Assembly (NCBI RefSeq): GCF_009914755.1
Contig: NC_060944.1
Source of the DNA: the human T2T-CHM13v2.0 reference genome, Homo sapiens
Length of the DNA stretch: 64,000 nt
Direction: 5' to 3' (one strand)
Below the pieces are notes generated by a model. It ran no database searches. It was not told where the DNA came from and saw only the letters and a program-made list of their open reading frames with translations. Position 1 is the stretch's first letter; every line of letters begins with the position of its first letter. Shown piece by piece: positions 14,125 through 27,089 of this stretch. The translations under genes and the position numbers were made by a program.

Positions 14125-16149
14125 TTCTTATAATATGTTTACATTTATTTTTAATCTGATGGGAGATCCCTTCTTAATTTAAAAAAATTTTAATAACTGT
14201 TACCTCTAAAAAATTAAACAATGGAGATGTATAGAGAAAAAAGCCCAAGCCTCTTATCTGCTTTTTTCAGTTTCTGATTTCATGCTCCTCTCTGGAGGAA
14301 CCACTGTTAAAAGTTTGAAGTGTTTCTTACAGATTTCTCGCTGCATTTACATAACATAAATTAATAATTATATATTGATTTTTAAATGCATAAGTGTGAT
14401 TGCTGTATTATATATTGTCCGGAGCTTGCTTTGCTACCCCCTGTGCTCCCCTCAATTTTTAACATCTCTTATCATGTTGGTTTTTATAAAATTAAGTTAC
14501 TGGCTGCTTGGGTTCTCTTTTACTGTTCTGTCTTCTGACACAAGCTTTTTATCTACAGATGAGACATGGAGAAAGGGAGGGGAAGTTGATGACAGGGCTG
14601 CCTGTTTTTCCTCTTCCCCTTCCTGGAGATGAGTTTCATGGGTGGAGTGACCAGCATCCAGACATCTCTCTGGGCGGAGGCAGGATGAGGAAAAGGCAGG
14701 CTGGCTGCAAAGTCTCCGATGAGGGAGAAGGGAGGTTGGGGGCTGGCATGACTGAGGGCTGGGGATGTAACGCAGACAGGAATCATTCCAAACTCCGGTG
14801 GGGAGAACATCTCCTGTGGCAAAATCCTGCAAAATGCTATTAAGGATAAATTTTTTATTGCTCTGTCCCGTAGGCAACTTGGGAAAATAGCATAGTCTCA
14901 GCATAAATGAGTTCCCGTTTTATTTTATTTTTAAATGACGCTTTCAGCACTGGTTCTGACTCTGGAGGAATGAAGCAGTCACGGCTGCGGCCACAGTGAC
15001 AGAGAGAGGGTGGGAGCAGATGCAATCAAGTGAGGCAGGAGACCGACCCTTAAGTAGGACAGGGGGACCCCAGGGGCTGGCCCAGCTCTCTCCACACCAT
15101 TCCCCTCCCACACTTCTCTCCCCAGCCGAGGGTTATGGGAGGGAAAGGGAGCAGTTATCTGTGTGTCTCTGGCCAAAGAAAATTTAAATGAACCAAATGA
15201 CAAGACATAATGCAGAAACCATGCGTGGTGCCATTTTCTCTTAAAATGTCTAGACTTATTGACTTATTTACAATTATTTCTGTGGTGCTTCTTATGTGTC
15301 TCTTACTGCTTTAAGAGCTTTTGGAGTGCTAATTTATTTATTTGTTACAGCAATGTTATTGCAGAAGGTTCGATCACCTTGCCTGCCACAAAGATGGTGG
15401 GGTGGTGGAATGGGGCATGCACCCAGCCACAGGACATCTGGTAGAAGGGCATGTGTGCCAGTCCACATGTCCTTCCAGGCTGTGCATGGCCCCACTTTTG
15501 CTCAGCTGCCTTCCCCAGCAGTGGATCACCCCGTCCCTGAGGTCGTCAAGCGCCGGCTGCCTCTGCTGTCTTCTCAGCCCCACACCTCAGCCTCCACTCA
15601 GATGAGGGTAGGGCTTCCGCACAGCCCACATCACACGCTCGTGTGTGATCACGGCTGCTCTGGTGCACGAATTTACGTGGAGGGGAACTTTAGATGCTCT
15701 GGTGGCCATCCTGGGGCCATCCCAAGGGGCAGCACAGCACACCCTAAGAGTGTGGGGAGAGAAGTCAACACCCTACAGGCAGAATATCAAGCAAAGCAAG
15801 ATAGGAGACAAGAAGGAACCAGTAGACAGGTCACTCCATCTCCTTGCTGGGCAGGCCAGTCCAGGATGTGGTGGCTCTGCACAGCATCTCACAGGACATC
15901 CTGCCTCACTGAGCAGCCAGCTGGGTTTCCTTGACCAGCTGTGGCCAGCTGGGACATGTGCCCCTTGTCTGCTCTCCCTCCTTCTTTGCTTCACGTCCCT
16001 CACCCCTCAGGCTGGCTTCCCTTGGGCTGCACTCCTGGATGAAGTAGTGTATAGCTTTGCCTCCAGCTCTACTTTTCAGGGAATTGCTGCTGAACCAGGT
16101 AGAAGGAGGCTTCATCAGAGCAGCTACGATTTCTACAGCCCTGCCCTCC

Positions 16150-17825
16150 CCCAGTCCCATGCAGGGCAATTTGCTTGGATTCACTCTCTGCATCCCATGG
16201 GAGGCCTGGGAGGCTGGTGCTATGTGAAGACAAAATGCAGCGTGCCTGAGGCCACCAGGTGAGCAGCCTGCCCAGGGTCACCAGGAACCAGGAACTAGGA
16301 GGAAACAGGATGTGATTCTGGGCAGTTTGGATCCAGAATATCTGCTCTCAAGTGTCATGATGGGGTCAGAGGCTGATGGTCACCTGCCCATGGCTATTCT
16401 CCACGTGTGACTCCAGGAGCTTCACATAAAGTATCCCAGTTAGTTCTCTGGAAAACCCTGAGGAGGGAGATCCCATGATTCCTGTTTTACAGATGAAGAA
16501 CATTTGACTCTGAGAGGTTTGAGTATTTATTCATTCAGCACACATCTGCCGGATGCCTCTCCTGTGCGAGGTGCTGGTCCAGATGCTGGGGCTGCAAGCG
16601 TGGGCAAGAGGCTCATGGCCTGTTGACCATGTGCATGTGCATGTGTGTGTACATGGACATGCGTGTTCATGTGCATGTGTGTGTAAGAACATACAAACAC
16701 ATACAGAGTAATGACAGATTACAATCCATCCCACCAAGGCTTCCTTTGTTTAGGGCGGCCAGGAAAGTCCTCCCGAGGAGGTGCCAGCTCGGTGATGTCA
16801 GAAAGCTCTTGGGGACCAGCCTGCAAGGGTAGGGGTCGGGAAGAGCATCTTAGGCAGAGGCAGAGGGAACAGTGCCTTCAGAGACCTTGGTGTAGGAAAC
16901 GTCTCAAAAGGCTGGAGGAAAGGGGGGCTTGGAATTTACTCCAAGGGTGATGGGAAGGGGAAGGGGAAAGGGAATAGCCATTCGCTGTTAAGAAGATCCC
17001 TAGTGTGGGAGGGAGTGGGTCTGTAGGGATGGATTGCAGAGGGCAGGGGTGGAAGGGGGAGCCTGGGAAGGAGCTGCTGCAGCATGGGGGGGCCTCCTTC
17101 TGTGTGATCTGCACAGCCCATTGTCTCCCCCAGACCCTGGTTGAGGAGCCTGGGGCTGGGAGGCTGCTCTGTGCCAACCAAAGCACCCAGAAGCCCAGGG
17201 GTCCAGACACCTTGGTGTTTGCAGGACAACGGAGAGAATGGGGTTGGAGAAGGAGAAGCCTGGGGGTAGGCTCTATAAAGGCTTGGTACTCACTGCGAGC
17301 ATTCCTCAGTGCTCTTGGGGTACAATCAAGAACATCCAGATTCCTTAGCAGGCTACACGCGGCCCCCACCTTGAGATCTGTCAACACCCTCCACCTCATC
17401 CTGACTCTCTTCCTTCTGCAGTTCCACAGTTGTCATCTGGAAGAACTCACGGGTCCTCCAGAGGCCGTCTTTCATCCCGGGGTCTTAGCACCTGCTGTCC
17501 CCTCTGCCTGGTCCCACCCTTCTGCCACCACCTTCCAACACGACAGGCCTCCCCCTACCCAAAGTTCTCTCCCTAGTCTTATCACAAGCGTTTGCTCTGG
17601 CAAGCCTCCAGACCCCCGGATCAGGTTAGGTGCCCCTCCTTAAGCCTCCCCAGCCCTCTTTATTTGCATGTTTATTTGCATATTTGCCCCATTCACCTGG
17701 GAGCTCGCGGGGGCAGGGACTGTGTCTCTTTTGTTCATGGCTGTAGTATCCCCAGCACCTTGTGCAGAGCTTGGCACATTGTAGGTGCTCAATTAAAATT
17801 GGGTGAGCAAATGAATGCTGAATGA
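16150..17825. mobile_element. Cluster of MIR and L2 fragments with a short (TG/CA) tract at ~16625-16685
   Basis: MIR cores (ttttacagatgaagaacatttgactctgagaggtt); L2 tails tttattcattcagca (-) and gtaggtgctcaatt...gaatgaat (+). Confidence 0.65.
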
Positions 17826-17849
17826 ATACGAGGGACTATCCATGGGGAG

Positions 17850-18030
17850 GAAGGAGTAGGTTTATTCCTTGTGGCCTCCAACAGGCAGAACCAGTTTCAG
17901 TGGCTGAAAAGTACAGCGAGGCTAATTTTTATTCCCTGTAGGAAAAAGCCTCTCCAATAACTGACATTTTGGGATGGTGCAGAACTTTCATCCCACTGTG
18001 GAAATTTTTAAGTGGGTGCTGGGTGGGTCA
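17850..18030 (+). mobile_element. L3/CR1 LINE fragment
   Basis: ttgtggcctccaacaggcagaaccag...ggctgaaaagtacagcgaggc. Confidence 0.55.
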
Positions 18031-18199
18031 CTTGCCCATCTTCCCACTACACAATGAACATCTGGGAGGCAGGGATGGCATCTTTTTCTTCTTGTGCCCA
18101 GAGCCTGTGCAGTTCATGCACACTGCAGAGTTGCTTAGTCTGTGTGCCCTGAAAGCAGGAATGTGGTTGTCTCCACCCCCGAAATCTTCTAAACCCACA

Positions 18200-18526
18200 C
18201 TTTCCTGTCCGGCAGCCGCTTATCACAAATGGCTACAGTTGGGTCCTAATGGAGCTGAAATGGGTCTGAAATACAGCTGGGTCTGAATGGAGCTGTACGG
18301 CCAGTGTAAAATACACAATGGATGTTGAAGACAATATAAAAAAGAAATGAAAATGTTGATAATTTGCTTACATGTTGAAATGATAATCTTTTGAATATAT
18401 TGGGTTAAATTACATATATTATTAAAATTAATTTCACCTGTTTCTTAGTTCTTATTTTGTTTTTTTAAGGCGATTATTAGGTAATTTAAAATATGGCTAG
18501 CATTGTATTTCTATCATAGAGGGCTG
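18200..18526. mobile_element. MER33 (hAT-Charlie)
   Basis: agtgtaaaatacaca...acatgttgaaatgataat...tattgggttaaat...attaaaattaatttcacctgtttc. Confidence 0.85.
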
Positions 18527-19242
18527 GTCTAGGATAGTGCTTCCCACCTTTCTTGGGTTTACTGTATGCTCTTAAATCCTGTCAGTCCTGCACTGCGTAA
18601 CAACGTTTCAGCTGATGACAGCTGCATGTGACGGTGGTTCCGTAAGATCATAGCAGAGTGGATATAGAAACCTGGTACATGGCACTTGCTACTGGCATTG
18701 CAGATCAAGTAAGGGAAATGATTGATATTCGTAATAGTGCTTGGGCATTTGGTTTTCCATGTGGAAAAAAAAAAACAGTTACATGTTGTTTAATGGCAGG
18801 GATCTGTTCTGAGAAATGTGTCCTTGGGTGATTCCAACCTTGTGGCAATATCATAGAGTTACTGACGCAGCCCTAGATGGTACAGCCTACTATACACCTA
18901 GGCTATTTTGTGTAGCCTATGGCTCCTAGGCTATGAACCTGTACAGTACGTGACTGTACTGAATAAGTCATTATAACACAAGGGTGAGTACTTGTCTATC
19001 TAGGCATACCTCAATATAGACAAGGTACAGTAAAAAAAAGAAGAGATATAAAAGATAAAATATGGTCCACCTGTATAGTGCACTTCCCATGAACAGAGCT
19101 TGCAGGACTGGAGACTGGAAGTTGCTCTGGGTGAGTCAGTGAGTGAGGCTGAGGTGAGTGAATGTGAAGGCCCAGGACATGAAGGTGCACTGCTCTAGAC
19201 TTGATGAATGAACGTCGTACACTTAGGCTACACTAAATTTAC

Positions 19243-19548
<306 letters not shown>

Positions 19549-20199
19549 TAAATTTACTTTTAACATTCTTGTTTCTTCAATAATAAATTAACCTTAGCTT
19601 ACTGTAACTTTTTTACGTTATAAACTTTTGAATTTTTATAAACTTTTTGACTCCGTTTTAATAACACTTAGCTTGAAACACACATTATAGAGCTGTAACA
19701 AATATTTTCTTTCTTTATACCCTTATTCCATAAGCTTTTTTCTATTTTAAAATTTACTTATTTACTGTTAACTTTTTTGTTAAAAATGAAGACACAGAAA
19801 CACTAGGTTAGGCCTTACACAGGGTCAGGATTGTCAATACCACTGTCTTCCACCTCCATGTCTGTCTCACTAGAAGGTCTTCTGGGGCAATAACGCCCAT
19901 TGAGCTGTCATCTCCTATGAAAACAATGCCTTCTTCTGGATACCTGCTGAAGGACCTGCCTGAGCCTCTTCTTGGGAGGTGACACTCTTTCCAGAAATAA
20001 GTCCATGATGGTTTTCTTAGTTTATGTCTTTTTTTCATCATAAATCTGCTCATAAGCAGGTAATGTGTCATGAATATTCGTCCCTATTACTGAAAACCTT
20101 TTGACGCTGGGATCTATGTTTTCAGATTTTGTAAGGAAATTTTGAAGACTGTGAAAGCTGCTGCTAAACCCTTCACTGTGAATTTTCTTGAGGATCCTC

Positions 20200-20523
20200 T
20201 TCTTTTTCTTTCTCTCTCTCTCTTTTTTTTTTTTTTTTTTGAAACAGTGTTTTATTCTGTTGCCCAGGCTGGAGTACAGTGGTGCAATCATGGCTCACTG
20301 CAACCTTGACCTCCCAGGCTCAAGTGATCCTCCCGCCTTAGCCTCCTGAGTAGTCAGGGATACAGTTTCCACCACGCCCAGGTGATCTTTTAATTTTTTT
20401 TGTTTTGTAGAGACAAGGTCTCACTATGCTGTCCAGTTTGGTCTCAACTCCTGTGCTCAAGCAGTCCTCCTACCTCGGCCTCCCAAAGTGTTGGTATTGC
20501 AGGCGTAAGCCACTGCACCTGCC
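20200..20523 (-). mobile_element. AluJ
   Basis: J-type ctcccaggctcaagtgatcctccc...gtctcactatgctg. Confidence 0.93.
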
Positions 20524-21254
20524 TCTTCTTTTCCTTCTTTCTTTTGCCTCTTCTTCAGCTGTGCATTCTTGTTCTAGTTTCAACAACTCCTCATTAGCCA
20601 ATTTCTCAGGGATCATCTCTAGGACAGGAATTTTTCAACTTCATTGTAATCTTATGGGACCACCACCATATATGCAGTCCATTGTTAACCAAAACATTAC
20701 TAAGCAGCACAGGACCATATATAAAGAAAAATATACACAGCATCTAGGTTTGGGTAAGTACGCTCTATGATGTTCGCATAACAGAATCACCTAATGATGC
20801 ATTTCTCAGAACGTATCCCTAGCGTTAAGTGGCACATGACTGTGTACTGGAGTTTTTAGCCTTTTATCGGAAAGGATCAAAAGACCATAAGCACCTTTAA
20901 CTATGACAAACTTAGGATTGTCCTCAGTGTACTTCCTGGGCTGGTACAGTCGAGTCACACAGCGTGTCTGAGGGCCTCCTCAGTCCCTGGGCTCCCCCTG
21001 GTTGGTGGCATGTGGGTGGCTACTAAGTGGGACTCTTTACTTCAAAGGCCTTGCTGTCTTCTGTATATTGAATATGCCATCTGTCTTTGCAAAGAAAGTT
21101 TCTTCTTGATTCGTATACCCAGCCTAAGGCACCTGACATGTGCTGAGGCATTCAGCTGACTCAGCCCAAAGTTCTTTCACGCAGAGATCAGTGTAAGACT
21201 TGTGTATCCTCATTCGATGTATATATATATATTTTTTTTTCTGGGAATTCATAT

Positions 21255-21870
21255 TAAAAGTGCACATCCATTACATTAACCCAGCAATCCCATTTGTACA
21301 AATCCATCTTAAAAGGATGAAAGCGTGGCACTTAATCCAAGTTCCTCCGTTGAGGACTAGGATTCTCTTACAGCTTGCTGGTTCTGCCTCCCAGATGTTG
21401 AAGGCCAGCCTCCGTCTGATGGTTAGACCTGGGCCAAGTACAGTTGTTAAATATCTGGACTCACATCTGCACACACAGATGGCGATTGCAGCGTTGTCTG
21501 TGGTCAAAACAACAAAACGAGAAACAACGTAAGTGTGATTGATAAGGAACATGTTGGTCCACCTGTATTGAGGAATATTTGTTGCTACGAAAAATCATAA
21601 GTTAGAGCCACACGAATAGATCTGGAGAGATGCCACTGTGGGTTTTTGGTGGAAAGCAGCAAGTTTTGAGTAGTGCTTACCGTATGATTACACTTTGTGA
21701 GGTCTGCAGGTCTGTTCGTAGGAGCAGAAAACAGGCATGAATAGGGGTGTGCGAGACTGGTAGTGGGATGGGCTATATCCACTGTTTGTGCATTTTTTGG
21801 TTATTTGACTTATTTATTTTTGGCTATTTGACATATTTTGGTTATTTGACAAGCGTGTGATGCATTTATA
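21255..21870 (+). mobile_element. Old L1 (L1ME-like) 3' fragments
   Basis: aacccagcaatcccatt...gattgcagcgttgtctgtggtcaaaac... Confidence 0.5.
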
Positions 21871-22799
21871 TTTTTAAAATAGGAGAATATGAGAAAACAT
21901 GGATGTTCTTCATCAGTTGGTTTGGTGGCCCCTTGTGAAAGAGGAGCGTGCCCCAGCATGCAGTGGAAAAGACAGAGGGCCCTGTCCTAGACCCCTGCTT
22001 CAGAAAATCAAGCTCCACTCAGGCGGCCACTGTTTCTTCCTACCCTGGAAATAAACATCTTTTTCATGCCAAAGAACGTGCGTGGCCTCTCCAGGCAGGA
22101 GACTGATTCTCTTCTTGCACCGAAGCTAGCTCCTCTCAGTCTTGTCTGGGATCCTGCCAAGACATGGAACCAGAAAAAGAAAAGACAAGAACAGCCAGGT
22201 CGAGGTTCGGTGCTGGTTAGATTCATGGCCCAGGTGGAGGTGCAGCGCTGGTTAGATTTACGTCAGTTTCAGTTCATGGCGAGGGCTCCTCTCTGGTCCG
22301 CTTTTCATTTGGGTCAGTTGAGTTCCTCCTAATTTCTGTTTCATTGTTCAGCTCCCAAAGAATTCCAGAAATGAGAATGCCTTCCCTGGCCAGCAGCCTC
22401 CTGGCTCTGTGTGTCTGAACCAATAAGGCATGTTTCCTCTTGCTCCTCACTTCTGATGTTTTATCAGGCTCCATAATGTGTTTCTCATGCTGTCTGCCCT
22501 GGAGTTTACGCCCTGAACCATGTTCAGGTGAGGAAATTCCTCGAGAAGATAAATCACCGCAGACATAGCAAAGACTACATCTTGGTAGAACTCTTGGGTT
22601 GAATGGGGCCGTATGTGTTCCCAAGTGCAGACCTCCAAGGTCAGTCAAGCCCAAACAAGAAAGCTCAAATCGCAGAGGCCTCTGGAGTAGATGCTTTGTT
22701 GCTGAAGAAGCCTGCTGAGCATCTGGGGACTCAATGGTTGTATGCCCGGGACACATCTTCATTAGGAAGCCTGGGATTCACTGCTCCATGCACGAGCTA

Positions 22800-23220
22800 G
22801 GTTGGCCAGCTTGGTTGCAACAGAAAACTCAGCTTGAACTGGCTTTAATAACGAAGGGAGTTGGAGCCTGCTGTAACTGGAAAGTGAAAAGCGTATGTGG
22901 TTTCAGATAAGGCTGGATTTAGCAGCTCCAGCCATCTGGCCAGAAAGCTCCCCCTCACCTCTCCATTCTGCTTCCATTGTGTTGATTTCATCCTCCGATC
23001 GCCTCCTCTCTTGGCCCCAAGATGTCAGCAAATGCCCCTTGTCAACTGTCTGCTTCCAGATCTCAAATTGGTAGAAAAGAGAAACGTCACTCCCCAGAGA
23101 GCTCAAATCAAGGTCCCAGAACTGAGTCCCGCTGACAAGGGCCGTGGGTCCACTCTGGAAGCCGTGCCTGTGTCTAGGACGGGTGGGCTGCATAGCTGGG
23201 TTGGTCAGGGCATCCCCAAA
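22800..23220. mobile_element. MLT1K-like LTR
   Basis: ttggttgcaacagaaaactcagcttgaactggctttaa...tttcagataaggctggat. Confidence 0.65.
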
Positions 23221-23242
23221 GAGTGCTTGGGCCTCACTCAAC

Positions 23243-23850
<608 letters not shown>

Positions 23851-25161
23851 AATATATGCACATGGGAAATTTGAGGCCCTGACAGGCTGGGGGATGGGGA
23901 AGGGGATGGAGAGTGGGCAGCCAGGGATGTCCGCTGTGGACAATGAAGAAGTGTCTGCCTGAGCTCAGATTTGGTTGGGCTTATAACAGCAGGAAGACAG
24001 ACAACAGGATGTTTTTCCAAGCAGGGCCTCTACCAGGCTGTAACTTTATTCATTTATTGATTGATTGCTTTTATTGGGCTTATCATACAAAATTCAGGGA
24101 CAAAAGAATGTATCATTTAGAAAGCAAAAACATCCTGCCTCCTTAGTTCCCACAAATTAATTGCCATTAAAAGTTTGTAACATGCTTTCCAGGAAGTTCT
24201 TCATACAGACCATCGAGTCCTAGGTATTCTAGAAATGGTTAGTTTTACAATGAAGTATCACACTGTCCATTCTTTTTTGCAATTTCCTATTTGCCTGACA
24301 ACATACCTCCCACCAACTTAAAAGTTGGTTTTGGGGTGTACCAAAAAAACTTCTGTTGTTTTTCATGGGTTGTGAAGACCGAGTTAATCAAGAATGAAAG
24401 GTTGTAGTTACAATCTGTTGAGAAAATAGGAATGACTGGTGTCTTCCTCTCTCCCTCCTTCTTTTCCTACTTTCTCCCTAGAAGTGGTTTTACTCAAGGA
24501 ATACAGACCTGCCCCTCTGAAGCAAGCAAGAGCATGGCATTGGAATATAAAGGTGGTTCATGAAATTCACCCCACCCAGCTCTGCCTGGAGTCTTTTTGA
24601 CTTGGGGCTGAGTCTTGGCCTTGGCCTTATAAGCATTCGGAGCTTGAGCAAGTTTTTAACCTTGTCGGCTTTGGCCTCCTTGTCTGGACAGTGGGGATGT
24701 TAATGTCAACTCCCAGAGCTGGGGTGCAATGACATGGGATTGGTGTGAAAATGACGGTGAGAACGGGTGACATGTCAGTTCCCTCTCAGTTGCCCACGGT
24801 TCAACAGAGTCGCCAAGTGCCCGCCACCCACCAGGGACAGTGCTGGGGGCTGAGGCCCCTCTATAGCCCCTGTTTGGGCTGGGTAGTGGGCAGGGTTATG
24901 TTACTCAGATTCATGGCTACGTCCTGAGAAACCCCCAACCCAAAGGAAACTGACAGTGCTCCTGTAGGGCAGCACAGGGGCCGCTGGACAGCCCCAGGCA
25001 TGGGAACTGCCTGAAAGATGAAGGCGCAGCATCCAGGCAGGACCTCTGCTCCGTCAGTTCAGCAGGAGAGAACTGAGATCCAGAGAAGAGAAGGGGTGGG
25101 TGCAGCTCTGGGCTTCCGGAGGAGGCAGTCCTTGCAGGTTCCTGGTGAAAGTGGTCCTGAG

Positions 25162-25191
25162 GGGCAGGGCAGGGCAGGGCAGGGCAGGGCA
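25162..25191 (+). repeat. (GGGCA)6 pentanucleotide repeat, G-quadruplex-capable
   Basis: Six perfect GGGCA units. Confidence 0.95.
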
Positions 25192-25651
25192 GGTCCGCAG
25201 CTGCTATTTTCACAAATTCCTCTCCAGTGTGGCCCCGGCTCCCAAGCCTTCAGACTGTAGATTCACAATTTACATGAGGTTTTCCTTACTTGAAAAAATT
25301 TTTTAAAATTACATTTTAAGCTAGACAAGTAATATATATTCCTTGTAAAAAGTCAAGAGGTACATATAAGCCAAAAGTAGAATAAATTGCTTATATATTG
25401 CTTATATAAGTTGCTTATAATTCCAGTACCTAAATACTGTTACTATTTTGGGGCATATTCTTTTAAATCTTTAAGAATTTCATGTAAGAAATAGTTACTG
25501 AGAGGCTGCCAGTGTCAGGCTCTGGGCTGGATGCTGGGGCCAGTGTCAGATGAGGCTGTTGAGCCTCCTGCACTCAGGGTCTCACAGCCATGGATCCAGT
25601 ACCCCCATCCCGTCCCTCCTCCACCCAGGCCAACGTTCTGCACACAGTAAG

Positions 25652-26120
25652 TGTGATGCTTAATGTTATGTGTCAACTTGACTGGGCCACAGGATACCCA
25701 GGTATTTGGTTAAGCGTTCTGGATGTTTCTGTGAGAGCGTTTCTGGGTAAGTCTAACATTTGAATAGACCGTGTAGAGCCGGCTACCTTCCCTAATGTGG
25801 GTAGGCTTCGTCCAATGACCTGAAAGTTGAATGGAGCAAAAATGTTGACCCTTTCCCAAATAAGAGCAAATTCCTCCCACTGTCACCAGCTTTTGCCTGC
25901 CTGGAGACTCAAACTGAAACGGTGGCTCTTCCTGGGTTGTGAGCCTGCCAGCCTTTGACAGGAACCACCCTCTCGGCTCTCCTGGGTCTCTGGCTTACCA
26001 ACAGCAGCTCTCAGGATGAAGCCTCCACAATCATGTGAACCAGCCCTTTCGGATGAATCTCTTTTGTGTACACATCCTGTCAGTTCTGTTTCTCTGAAGA
26101 ACCCTGTCTGTGTCTGATAC
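25652..26120 (+). mobile_element. MLT2D-like ERVL LTR
   Basis: tgtgatgcttaatgttatgtgtcaacttgactgggccac ... gttctgtttctctgaagaaccctg. Confidence 0.9.
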
Positions 26121-26505
26121 AGATGCAGGTCTCTGCTCCCTCCCCTCTTCCTTTAACAAGCACTTATTGTGCACCTGCTGTATCAGGCTGATGGCTCAAT
26201 GAGTGCTTGTTAAGGGAAGAGAGTAGGGGGCAGAGGCCCTCCCATCCAAAGGCACTGCAGTGCACCCCTGCTACCTGTCACTCCGCTGGCTGTAGTTGCG
26301 GACTGGCCCTGCTGCAATGAGAAGAACCACCCAGCTGACCCGCAGACTCGGGATCCCAGCCACAGCCAACTGCACATGGCTGGGGCCTGGTACAGGTGGG
26401 GCCAGGGGAGGGCCTGGCTCACACCTGCTGCCCCATAGACCCTGCTAGTGAGGAGCAGCGCTGGGATTGCATTCGGCTTCTGACTAACTGAGCTCAAGGG
26501 CCTCT

Positions 26506-26982
26506 GTCTTAGTCAGGGTTCTGCAGAGAAACAGAATGGGATTTGTGTATTTACTTGTCTGGCTCACATGACGATGGAGGTGAAGTCTCACAACCGGCCA
26601 TCTGCACGCTGGAGACCCAGGGAAGTTGGTGGCGCAGTTGGAAGGCCTGAGAGCTGAAGAGCTGATGGTGTCGATTCCAGCCGCGGTCCGAGGGCCAGAG
26701 GACCAGGAGCATTGAGGGCAGAAAACAACATCTTGCCCCAGTGGTCAGGCAGAGAGGGCGGATTCCTCCTTCCTCTCTGCCTTCTGTTCCATTCAGACCC
26801 TCGCTGGGCAGGATGAGGCCCACCCACCCTGGGGAGTGCCATCTGTGTGACCCTGCCCACCAACTTAAATGCGACTCTCACCTGGAAACCCTGACAGACA
26901 CCCTATTTCCACGTAGGGTTCCTTATGAGGCACTGGGGGTTCAGATGTAAACATGTTTGAGGGACACAGTTCAACCCATAAC
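26506..26982 (-). mobile_element. MLT2B-like LTR fused at ~26900 to the terminal ~80 bp of an MLT1A-C LTR
   Basis: tgtcttagtcagggttctgcagagaaacagaa...; then ccctatttcc...gggacacagttcaacccataaca. Confidence 0.75.
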
Positions 26983-27089
26983 AGGAAGGGACAGATGCCT
27001 TAAATGGCTGCAGGAAAGATGGCATGAGAGTTGTGGAGGGCACAAAACCCTGTGCCTGCACACAGTAGGTGCTCACTCCAGACAAGCGA

